From assembly GCA_023130215.1 (NCBI GenBank), contig JAGMAN010000030.1, forward strand, positions 1 through 32,170: a stretch of DNA of 32,170 nt. Direction: 5' to 3'. This document shows, piece after piece, positions 17,267 through 24,638 of this stretch. Made by a program: the position numbers and the translations under genes. The notes under the pieces are model-generated. The model was not told where the DNA came from. It made no database searches and saw nothing but the letters and a program-made list of their open reading frames with translations. Within the stretch, counting starts at the first letter, position 1. Each line of letters opens with the position of its first letter. This DNA is from a bacterium (lineage in GTDB: Bacteria > NPL-UPA2 > JAGMAN01).

Positions 17267-17326
17267 ACATGTCCGAGTGCTGCCTTTAGGGCTGTCCGCA
17301 GGACGTCCTTTAGGGCTGCAAGCGGA
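17267..17326 (+). repeat. 60-nt dispersed repeat, copy B (intergenic, between the GT4 gene and GH130 paralogue 2)
   Basis: ACATGTCCGAGTGCTGCCTTTAGGGCTGTCCGCAGGACGTCCTTTAGGGCTGCAAGCGGA. It starts 1 nt after the GT4 stop codon and ends 10 nt before ATG 17337. Confidence 0.95.
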
Positions 17327-17336
17327 GGAACTTCAG

Positions 17337-18281
17337 ATGTTCAGAAGAAAAATGACACAAAGAGATGTTGTTCACAGGTGGGAGGGTAATCCTCTTATCA
17401 GGCTTCAAGACTTGGATTTTCAGTGCGCAGATGTATGGTCTGCAGGTGTGGCGTCTTACCAGGATGACATCATTCTTCTTGTTACCATCGAGCATCTTGC
17501 GGGATTTCAGTCCATACATCTTGCCGGGAGTGATGAGAAGGGCCGTTTCCATGTGAAGGAGGAACCATTCATTGGCGCCCGCAGGGATCCTCTTGAATTT
17601 GGACTGCATGAGTCGCGTGGCGTCATGGATGCCAGGGTGACCTTGATAAACGGAGTTTATTACATTGTCTACCTCGCCAGCGGTGAGCATGGCTTCCGGC
17701 TGGGACTGGCAACAACGAGGGATTTTGTCAAAGTCGAGCGACATGGCCTTATTTCAGAGCCTGATACGAAAACCGGTGCGCTCTTTCCCGAAAAGATCAA
17801 GGGACGCTATGCGAGACTATGCCGTCCTCGGGAAGGGAACAGCATCTGGGTCAGTTACAGTCATGATCTTATCTACTGGGGTGACAGTGAACTTCTTCTG
17901 TCACCGAGAGCAGGCTTCTGGGACTCATCACGCGTTGGGGCAGGTCCCCCTCCGATGAAAATTCCCCAGGGGTGGCTGTTGATATATTACGGAGTCAAGG
18001 AGACCCAGGCCGGCCCTCTGTTCCGGCTGGGCGCGGCTATCCTAAGCGGAGAAGACCCTGTAAAGATTGTCAGCCGCTCAAATATCCCAATCCTGTCACC
18101 GCGTGAGGACTATGAGCGTATCGGCGACTTGAGTAATATCGTGTTTTCTACCGGCGCATTGGTCAAGAACAACAACGAAATGGATATCATTTACAGCGGA
18201 GCCGACAGTTGCATTTGTCTCGGAAGTACAACCGTTGAGGAAATTGTGGAAACCTGTTCTATGAGCAAGGAGGAATTCTAA
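17337..18281 (+). CDS. GH130-family protein, paralogue 2 (start trimmed relative to ORF-track 17229)
   Basis: MFRRKMTQRDVVHRWEGNPLI aligns with MMPRRPMGRDLLHRWEGNPAI of paralogue 3. GGAGG lies at 17324..17328, 8 nt upstream. The upstream part of the track ORF only reads through the repeat and the GT4 3' end. Confidence 0.8.
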   Translation: MFRRKMTQRDVVHRWEGNPLIRLQDLDFQCADVWSAGVASYQDDIILLVTIEHLAGFQSIHLAGSDEKGRFHVKEEPFIGARRDPLEFGLHESRGVMDARVTLINGVYYIVYLASGEHGFRLGLATTRDFVKVERHGLISEPDTKTGALFPEKIKGRYARLCRPREGNSIWVSYSHDLIYWGDSELLLSPRAGFWDSSRVGAGPPPMKIPQGWLLIYYGVKETQAGPLFRLGAAILSGEDPVKIVSRSNIPILSPREDYERIGDLSNIVFSTGALVKNNNEMDIIYSGADSCICLGSTTVEEIVETCSMSKEEF

Positions 18282-19214
18282 GTGATGCCCCGACGGCCTA
18301 TGGGCAGAGACCTGTTACATCGATGGGAGGGCAATCCGGCCATCAGGATGGAGGATATTCCTTTCCGGGCCAACACGGTGTTCAACGGCACGCCGATAGT
18401 GACTAAGGAAGGCGTGTTACTCCTGTTAAGGGTTGAGGGACAGCAGGGATATTCCATGTTCGCCCTGGCACGAAGCCGGGATGGTCTGCGCTTCAAGGTT
18501 GATGAAAGGCCGGTAATGATGCCGGATAAAAGCGGACCTTTCGCAGAGTACGAATTGAGAGGCATAGAAGATCCACGCGCGACGTTCCTGGAAAACACCT
18601 GCTATATAGTCTACACGGCTGTAGGTAAATGCGGTCCGCGAATTGCCATCGCGAAAACCAGAAATTATGTCAACTATGAGCGCATCGGGCTTGTTTCCGA
18701 GCCGGGGAACAAAGACGGTGTCCTGTTTCCCAGGAAGATTAAGAGCAGGTACGCCAGACTTGACAGACCGATAGGTGGCGGTCGCGGCAGCATCTGGATA
18801 TCGTATTCGCCAGACCTGCTAAATTGGGGTGATTCTGAAATTGTAATGACGCCTCGGACCGGTTACTGGGATGACTTTCGCATCGGCGCCTCTGTGCCTC
18901 CGATAGAGACCTCTCAGGGCTGGTTGGAAGTTTATCACGGGGTCAAGTTAACCTCTGCCGGCGCGATTTACCGCATCGGAACCGCCCTGCTTGATCTTGA
19001 TGACCCATCGAAGGTCATCAAGCGCAGTTCTACGCCAGTCCTGTCGCCGCGTGAGCACTATGAGCGGATCGGCGACGTTCCGAACGTGTGCTTTGCCTGT
19101 GGCGCCGTAGTTGATCCCGACGGCAGGATGAAAATTTACTACGGAGCGGCGGACACGTCCATTTGCGTGGCGCTCTGCACGCTGGAGCAGGTTCTCACGG
19201 AGAGTTTCGATTAA
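18282..19214 (+). CDS. GH130-family protein, paralogue 3
   Basis: 310 aa with GIEDPRATF, NKDGVLFPRKIKSRYARLDRP, GWLEVYHGV, YRIGTALLDLDDP, PNVCFACG and YYGAADT. AAGGAGG lies at 18267..18273. The start is GTG 18282 or ATG 18285. Confidence 0.8.
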   Translation: MMPRRPMGRDLLHRWEGNPAIRMEDIPFRANTVFNGTPIVTKEGVLLLLRVEGQQGYSMFALARSRDGLRFKVDERPVMMPDKSGPFAEYELRGIEDPRATFLENTCYIVYTAVGKCGPRIAIAKTRNYVNYERIGLVSEPGNKDGVLFPRKIKSRYARLDRPIGGGRGSIWISYSPDLLNWGDSEIVMTPRTGYWDDFRIGASVPPIETSQGWLEVYHGVKLTSAGAIYRIGTALLDLDDPSKVIKRSSTPVLSPREHYERIGDVPNVCFACGAVVDPDGRMKIYYGAADTSICVALCTLEQVLTESFD

Positions 19215-19252
19215 TAGGCAGCACAGAACTTTAGTTAACCAAGGGACTATAC

Positions 19253-20635
19253 ATGTTAGAGGGGATTAAGAACATTCATTTCATTGGTATTGGCGGAGCG
19301 GGAATGAGCGCTCTGGCCCAGGTTTTACTGGAACTGGGCTATAGGGTGAGTGGTTCAGACATAAAGATGAACCTGATTACCAAACGCCTTGAGGAGCGAG
19401 GAGCAGTGGTTCACCACGGCCACGGGGAAGAGAACTTAGCTCAAGCCGATTTAGTGATATTCTCCTCAGCCATTCCTTCTATCAATCCCGAACTGAAAGC
19501 AGCCCGCCTGCGGGGTCTTTCCGTCCTCTCCCGGGGAGAGATGTTAGCTGAGCTGATGAGGGAGAGGAATGGAATTGCTGTGGCCGGAACGCATGGGAAG
19601 ACCACCACCACTTCCATGGTCGCCTCTATCCTCTCCGAAGCTGCGCTCGATCCAACTATAGTTATTGGAGGAGAGCTAAATGACATTGGAGGAAATGCCA
19701 GACTTGGGCATAGCTCGTACTTAGTAGCTGAGGCTGATGAGAGCGATGGCTCTTTCCTGAAACTATCTCCTGCCTTGGCCGTAGTCACCAACATCGAAGC
19801 TGATCACCTGGAGTATTATCATAACCTGCCTGCTATCATTGAGGCTTTTAGAAGGTTTGTCGGAAGGGTCTCCGATGACGGATGTCTAGTCCTATCTGAC
19901 CATCCAAATGTTAGGAAGATAACAGGGAAAAACGAAAAACGAAAAACGAAAAACGTTAGGATATTGACCTATGGTATTAAGCAGGGAGTTGACCTGGTAG
20001 CTAAGGAAGTGAAGTTCCGGGGATTGGGATCAGAATATGAGGTCTTTCATCGAGGGGAGAGGTTAGGCAAGATCAAGCTCGGGGTGCCGGGCAGACACAA
20101 TATCTACAATTCGCTTGCGGCCATTGGGGTTGCATTAGAGGTAGGGGTTGGGTTTGAGAAAATAAGCTCTGCTCTGACTAATTTCCATGGGGTCCAGAGG
20201 CGCTTTGAGATAAGGGGTGAAGTTAAGGACATTGTGGTAGTGGATGACTATGCTCATCATCCCACTGAGATAAGAGCTACTCTAAAGGCTGCCCGGCAGT
20301 GGAGAGCGAAGAGAATAATCGGAATATTCCAGCCGCACCGCTATACCAGGACAAAATTCTTAAGAAAGGATTTCTCCTCGGCCTTTGAGGAAGCAGACTT
20401 CCTGGTCATAACTGAGATCTATTCGGCTGGTGAGGAACCTCTGCCCGGGGTAAGCGGGCGGGACATATACGAGGCGGTTCGAGACATTGGCCAGGAAAAC
20501 GTCGAGTTCATTCCAGACAAATCAGAGATTGCTGACCGGGTAATGAACATCCTTCAGCCAGGAGATACGGTGATTACTATGGGAGCAGGGGATATTGATA
20601 CGGTAGCCGGGGAAATAGTGCAAAGGTTAAGGTGA
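19253..20635 (+). CDS. murC: UDP-MurNAc:L-alanine ligase
   Basis: N-terminal GIGGAGMSALA, P-loop GTHGKTTTTS and GRHNIYNSLAAIG. Confidence 0.95.
   Translation: MLEGIKNIHFIGIGGAGMSALAQVLLELGYRVSGSDIKMNLITKRLEERGAVVHHGHGEENLAQADLVIFSSAIPSINPELKAARLRGLSVLSRGEMLAELMRERNGIAVAGTHGKTTTTSMVASILSEAALDPTIVIGGELNDIGGNARLGHSSYLVAEADESDGSFLKLSPALAVVTNIEADHLEYYHNLPAIIEAFRRFVGRVSDDGCLVLSDHPNVRKITGKNEKRKTKNVRILTYGIKQGVDLVAKEVKFRGLGSEYEVFHRGERLGKIKLGVPGRHNIYNSLAAIGVALEVGVGFEKISSALTNFHGVQRRFEIRGEVKDIVVVDDYAHHPTEIRATLKAARQWRAKRIIGIFQPHRYTRTKFLRKDFSSAFEEADFLVITEIYSAGEEPLPGVSGRDIYEAVRDIGQENVEFIPDKSEIADRVMNILQPGDTVITMGAGDIDTVAGEIVQRLR
19928..19955 (+). repeat. Perfect heptanucleotide tandem repeat (AAAAACG)x4 inside murC
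   Basis: aaaaacg aaaaacg aaaaacg aaaaacg is read as K-N-E-K-R-K-T-K-N. The unit length is not a multiple of 3. Confidence 0.95.
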
Positions 20636-20639
20636 AAAT

Positions 20640-21560
20640 ATGAGTTTAGCTAAAGAAATTACCCGGATTGTGAAAGGCAAGATAAAATTCAATGAGCCGT
20701 TGAGTAAACATACTTCACTTCGCATCGGCGGCCCGGCTGATTACTGGGTAGAACCCAAAGATTTAGAGGATTTGAGAGTAATCCTTGAGTTTGCTTTAGA
20801 CAGGCACCTACCCTGGAAAGTTCTGGGAGAAGGGACGAATATCCTGGCCCGGGATAGAGGATTTCGGGGGCTGATTATAAGCTTGAGAGGTGACTGTTTC
20901 CAGAAACTTGAATTTAATGAGGAAAAGGTAGCGGCGGGGGCTGGAGTTCTCTTATCTAAGCTGACCTCGGAAGCAGGCGAGCGTGGCTTGGGAGGATTGG
21001 AATTTGCTGTTGGTATTCCGGGGACAGTGGGAGGCGGAGTGGTCACGAATGCGGGAGCTCAATCGGTCTCGGTGGGAGATGTCACCAGTTCGGTAAAGGT
21101 TCTCAACCCATCCAGGGGAATCTCTCTTCTGAAGAAAGAAGACTTGAAGTTTGACTACGGTGAAACAGTGCCCTTCGGGTATCGCACCTGCAACCTTGGG
21201 AAAGATGAGGTAGTCTTAGAGGCGGAGATGGAGTTCAAGAAGGAAGATAAGGACGAGATTGCTAATTTAATGAAGGAGCATTCAAGGAAAAGAAAAGAAA
21301 CCCAGCCTCTCCGCGAGGCGAGCGCGGGATGTATCTTTAAGAATCCTTCTCACGTTTCAGCGGGAGAATTGATTGATAAAGCAGGCTTAAAGGGCAGGAG
21401 GGTAGGAGATGCCCAGGTTTCTACCAAACATGCCAACTTTATCATCAACCGGGGAGGAGCTAAGGCAGAAGAAGTATTTAGTCTCATGGAGACAGTCAGA
21501 GAAGAAGTCCTCAGGAAGATGGGAATAAGATTAGAACCAGAGATTGAAATTATTGGATAG
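20640..21560 (+). CDS. murB: UDP-N-acetylenolpyruvoylglucosamine reductase
   Basis: FAD-binding domain (HTSLRIGGPADYW, GEGTNIL) and C-terminal substrate domain (SAGCIFKNP, VSTKHANFIIN). Confidence 0.95.
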   Translation: MSLAKEITRIVKGKIKFNEPLSKHTSLRIGGPADYWVEPKDLEDLRVILEFALDRHLPWKVLGEGTNILARDRGFRGLIISLRGDCFQKLEFNEEKVAAGAGVLLSKLTSEAGERGLGGLEFAVGIPGTVGGGVVTNAGAQSVSVGDVTSSVKVLNPSRGISLLKKEDLKFDYGETVPFGYRTCNLGKDEVVLEAEMEFKKEDKDEIANLMKEHSRKRKETQPLREASAGCIFKNPSHVSAGELIDKAGLKGRRVGDAQVSTKHANFIINRGGAKAEEVFSLMETVREEVLRKMGIRLEPEIEIIG

Positions 21561-21566
21561 TGTTCA

Positions 21567-22544
21567 ATGGTAAAGACGAATCAAATAGCTAAGAAAAAGA
21601 TTGGCGTGCTTATGGGTGGGCCTTCCAGCGAGAGGGAGATCTCATTCAAGTCGGGAAGAGCGGTGGAGGAGGCTCTGCGGGGAAGTGGTCTGAATGTGGT
21701 GGCTATCGATGTGGATAAGGATATAGAGGAGAGGTTGAAGGAGGAAGGGGTGGAGGTAGCCTTTATCGCCCTTCACGGAAGATATGGGGAGGATGGCACC
21801 ATCCAGGCCCTATTAGAATCATTGGCCATTCCCTACACTGGCTCCGGAGTGGAGGCAAGCCGCATGGCTATGAATAAGGTTGCCTCCAAAGAAGTTTTCT
21901 TAAGGGATGGGATACCCACTCCGGATTTCTATGTCTTAGAGAGAGAGAAGGATAAGGATAAGGATAAGGATAAGGATAAGGAGGTAGTCATCTCTCAGCC
22001 TCCTCGCCATTCCACCATAAAGGTTCCAGTAGTCATCAAGCCGGCTCGAGAAGGGTCAACCATCGGGGTATCAGTTGTTAAGGAGGAAGAAGATTTCCTG
22101 CCGGCATTGGATAGAGCTTTTCGATACGATGATAAAATTTTAGTGGAGGAGTATATAGATGGAAGGGAGGTAACCGTCAGTATTTTGAATGGATCGGCAT
22201 TACCTGTTATTGAAATCGTTCCTAAGCACGAATTTTTCGATTTCGAGGCCAAGTATACAAACGGCTTAACTAAGTTTAAGGTTCCAGCTCCTCTTAGTAA
22301 GGAGCTCTACGGCAAGACTCAGGAAGTTGCTCTGCAGGCACATCGGGCCTTAGGCTGCAGGGGTATGTCCCGGGTAGATATGAAGGTGAGTCAGGAAGGA
22401 AAGCCTTATGTATTTGAAGTGAATACCATCCCGGGGCTAACCTCCATCAGCCTCCTGCCCAAGGCCGCCCAGGTGGCTGGAGTTAGTTTCCCACAGCTCT
22501 GCAGGAAGCTAATTGAGATTGCCTTGAGGGAGAAAGCAGGATGA
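21567..22544 (+). CDS. ddl: D-alanine--D-alanine ligase
   Basis: KIGVLMGGPSSEREIS, ALHGRYGEDGTIQ, ATP-grasp VVIKPAREGSTIGV and a C-terminal EVNTIPGLT motif. Confidence 0.95.
   Translation: MVKTNQIAKKKIGVLMGGPSSEREISFKSGRAVEEALRGSGLNVVAIDVDKDIEERLKEEGVEVAFIALHGRYGEDGTIQALLESLAIPYTGSGVEASRMAMNKVASKEVFLRDGIPTPDFYVLEREKDKDKDKDKDKEVVISQPPRHSTIKVPVVIKPAREGSTIGVSVVKEEEDFLPALDRAFRYDDKILVEEYIDGREVTVSILNGSALPVIEIVPKHEFFDFEAKYTNGLTKFKVPAPLSKELYGKTQEVALQAHRALGCRGMSRVDMKVSQEGKPYVFEVNTIPGLTSISLLPKAAQVAGVSFPQLCRKLIEIALREKAG
21951..21980 (+). repeat. In-frame hexanucleotide tandem repeat (GATAAG)x5 in ddl, encoding (DK)5
   Basis: Five perfect GATAAG units are preceded by the degenerate unit GAGAAG (21945..21950). 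The protein reads EREKDKDKDKDKDKE. Confidence 0.95.
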
Positions 22545-23392
22545 GAGGAAATGGTCAGATAAGGACGAGGAAGAAGCTCGGGGAACGCAGAAGAGAGAAA
22601 AGGAAGAAGCTCTTTAAGGGATTGGGTAAGTTAACTCTAATCCTTTCCCTTATAGCTGGACTTGCTTTCGCCGGGAAGAAGGCAGAAGATTTCCTTCTCA
22701 CCTCCCATTTCTTCCGGATTAAGGAAGTAAATTTCAAGGGAGCTACCTTCCTTAGGCAGGAGGTCTTGGAGAAATTAGCCAATATCAAGCTGGGTAAGAA
22801 TATATTCCGGGTCAATTTAAGGGCAATCCAGGAGCGTCTGGAAAGGAATCCCCGGGTTAGAGAGGCTATTATCTCTCGAGCTTTCCCCAATGCGGTCACA
22901 GTTAATATTAGGGAGAGGGAAGCAGTTGCTCTCTTTGAAAGCGGCGGCGAAGCCTATCCGGTTGATAAGGAAGGAGTGGTGTTGCCCCGCCCTGGGCGGG
23001 CTAATCCTTTCTCCCACTCTCTTCCCCTCATTAAGGGAGTGAAGGGGTATCGGCTGAAGGTGGGAGAGAAGCTTCAGTGTCCGAAATTGACGGTGGCCCT
23101 GGAGCTATTAGCTGCTTTAGCCTCATCCGGTCTAAAAGTAAATTCCTATGGTATAAATTTAGGAGGGCCGGAGTTAATTCTGGCCAATAAGAGAACAAAG
23201 GTCTTATTGGGAGAGCTAAGTAAAGAGAAATGGATGAGAGAGTTAAAACTCATTCTGTCTGACCTAACCGAGAGGGAAGAGGAAGCAGAATATATAGATT
23301 TGAGGTTTTCCAGACCAGTGGTGAAGCTTACACGTCCGAGTGCTGCCTTTAGGGCTGTCCACAGGACGTCCTTTAGGACTGCAAGCGAATGA
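22541..23392 (+). CDS. ftsQ: Cell division protein FtsQ/DivIB (C-terminal 20 aa encoded by repeat copy C)
   Basis: Basic N-terminus, one TM helix (LGKLTLILSLIAGLAFAG) and a POTRA-like segment (FRIKEVNFKGATFL...). It sits between ddl and ftsA, with ATGA overlaps at both ends. Confidence 0.8.
   Translation: MRGNGQIRTRKKLGERRREKRKKLFKGLGKLTLILSLIAGLAFAGKKAEDFLLTSHFFRIKEVNFKGATFLRQEVLEKLANIKLGKNIFRVNLRAIQERLERNPRVREAIISRAFPNAVTVNIREREAVALFESGGEAYPVDKEGVVLPRPGRANPFSHSLPLIKGVKGYRLKVGEKLQCPKLTVALELLAALASSGLKVNSYGINLGGPELILANKRTKVLLGELSKEKWMRELKLILSDLTEREEEAEYIDLRFSRPVVKLTRPSAAFRAVHRTSFRTASE
23330..23389 (+). repeat. 60-nt dispersed repeat, copy C (in frame at the 3' end of ftsQ, encodes TRPSAAFRAVHRTSFRTASE)
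   Basis: ACACGTCCGAGTGCTGCCTTTAGGGCTGTCCACAGGACGTCCTTTAGGACTGCAAGCGAA. Its last base is the A of the ftsA ATG. Confidence 0.95.
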
Positions 23393-24627
23393 AAAAGCAA
23401 GAATTTGTGATTGGATTGGACATTGGCACCACCAAGATCTGTGCTATGATCGGCCGTCATAACGAGGATGGGGATGTAGAGATAACGGGAACCGGAGTTA
23501 CTCCCTCCAAGGGTCTTCGGAAAGGAGTGGTAGTAAATTTAGAGAGTACCATTGACTCAGTGGAAAGAGCTATTGAGAAAGCAGAAGAAGAAGCAGGAAT
23601 CGAGGTGGTCAAAGTCTTCACTGGAATAGCCGGAGGGCACATCAGGGGCTTTAACAGCCGAGGGGTGGTGGGTATCTCCCGGACCTCAAGGGAGATTAAG
23701 TGCCGGGATGTAGAGAGGGTAATTGATGCCGGCAAAGCGGTGGCTATTCCCCTGGACCAAGAGGTCATTCACGTTATTCCTCAGGAGTTCACGGTTGATG
23801 ACCAGGATGGGGTGAAGAATCCGGTAGGGATGTGGGCCAACCGCTTAGAGGCAGAGGTTCATATCGTCACCGGGGCGGTCACTTCTGCCCAGAATATCAT
23901 TAAGTCGGTGAACCGGGCTGGATTTGAGGTAGAGGACATCGTCCTGGGACCCTTAGCCTCAGCAGAAGCAGTGCTCTCTACTGAGGAGAAGCACTCAGGA
24001 GTAGTCCTTATTGATATTGGGGGAGGAACTACCGATATGGTCATTTTCTCCAGGGGAAGTATTCGGCACAGTGAGGTTTTAGCCTTAGGAGGGGACCATG
24101 TGACTAACGATATTTCGGTCGGGTTACGCACCTCCCCTCAGCAGGCAGAGGATGTGAAAAAAGATTATGGTTGGGCTACCCCCTCTTTAATCAAGAGGGA
24201 AGAGTTTTTCCACTACCCGGGGGTGGGAGGTAGGCGTGGAGGCAAGGTCTCTCTCTCCCAGCTCTGTGAAATCATTGAGCCAAGAATTGAGGAGCTATTT
24301 TCCTTGGTTAACGCTGACATAGATAGGACTGGCCTGGCCCGCTCCATCTCGGCAGGAGTGGTCTTAACCGGAGGTGCATCCCTGCTTCGCGGTCTTCCGC
24401 AGATGGCTGAGCAGATATTGGATCTTCCGCTCAGGCTTGGAAAACCCAATGGGAGTGTAAAAGGATTAGGTAAAGATAAGGATAGTCCCATCTATGCCAC
24501 GGCAGTAGGGCTGGTCCAATATGGGCTGGCCTATAGAAGGCAGAAGAAGATGGCTCGCTTTAAGGGGCGCAACCTCTTCAGCCAGGTAGCACTCAGGATG
24601 AAGGAATGGTTGGGAGAATTCTTTTAA
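23389..24627 (+). CDS. ftsA: Cell division protein FtsA (actin-like ATPase)
   Basis: GLDIGTTKICAM, DIGGGTTDM, GGASLLRGL and a C-terminal amphipathic helix (LFSQVALRMKEWLGEFF). Confidence 0.95.
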   Translation: MKKQEFVIGLDIGTTKICAMIGRHNEDGDVEITGTGVTPSKGLRKGVVVNLESTIDSVERAIEKAEEEAGIEVVKVFTGIAGGHIRGFNSRGVVGISRTSREIKCRDVERVIDAGKAVAIPLDQEVIHVIPQEFTVDDQDGVKNPVGMWANRLEAEVHIVTGAVTSAQNIIKSVNRAGFEVEDIVLGPLASAEAVLSTEEKHSGVVLIDIGGGTTDMVIFSRGSIRHSEVLALGGDHVTNDISVGLRTSPQQAEDVKKDYGWATPSLIKREEFFHYPGVGGRRGGKVSLSQLCEIIEPRIEELFSLVNADIDRTGLARSISAGVVLTGGASLLRGLPQMAEQILDLPLRLGKPNGSVKGLGKDKDSPIYATAVGLVQYGLAYRRQKKMARFKGRNLFSQVALRMKEWLGEFF

Positions 24628-24638
24628 AGGAGGACAAA

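Noticed and set aside
17229-17336. N-terminal 36-codon extension of GH130 paralogue 2 in the ORF track
   Set aside because: It overlaps the GT4 3' end and simply reads through an open frame of the 60-nt repeat. Alignment with paralogue 3 and the GGAGG at 17324..17328 support ATG 17337.
19153-19160. ACACGTCC in GH130 paralogue 3 and TTCGCTTGC at about 20108 in murC as possible extra fragments of the 60-nt element
   Set aside because: These are only 8-9 nt matches with no extension into the element core. The murC one encodes the conserved NSLAAIG Mur-ligase block. Both are consistent with chance.
24606-24638. Upstream ATG start for ftsZ (MVGRILLKEDK...)
   Set aside because: It overlaps the ftsA 3' end and has no SD. 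ATG 24639 is preceded by AAAGGAGG and yields the canonical FtsZ N-terminus.
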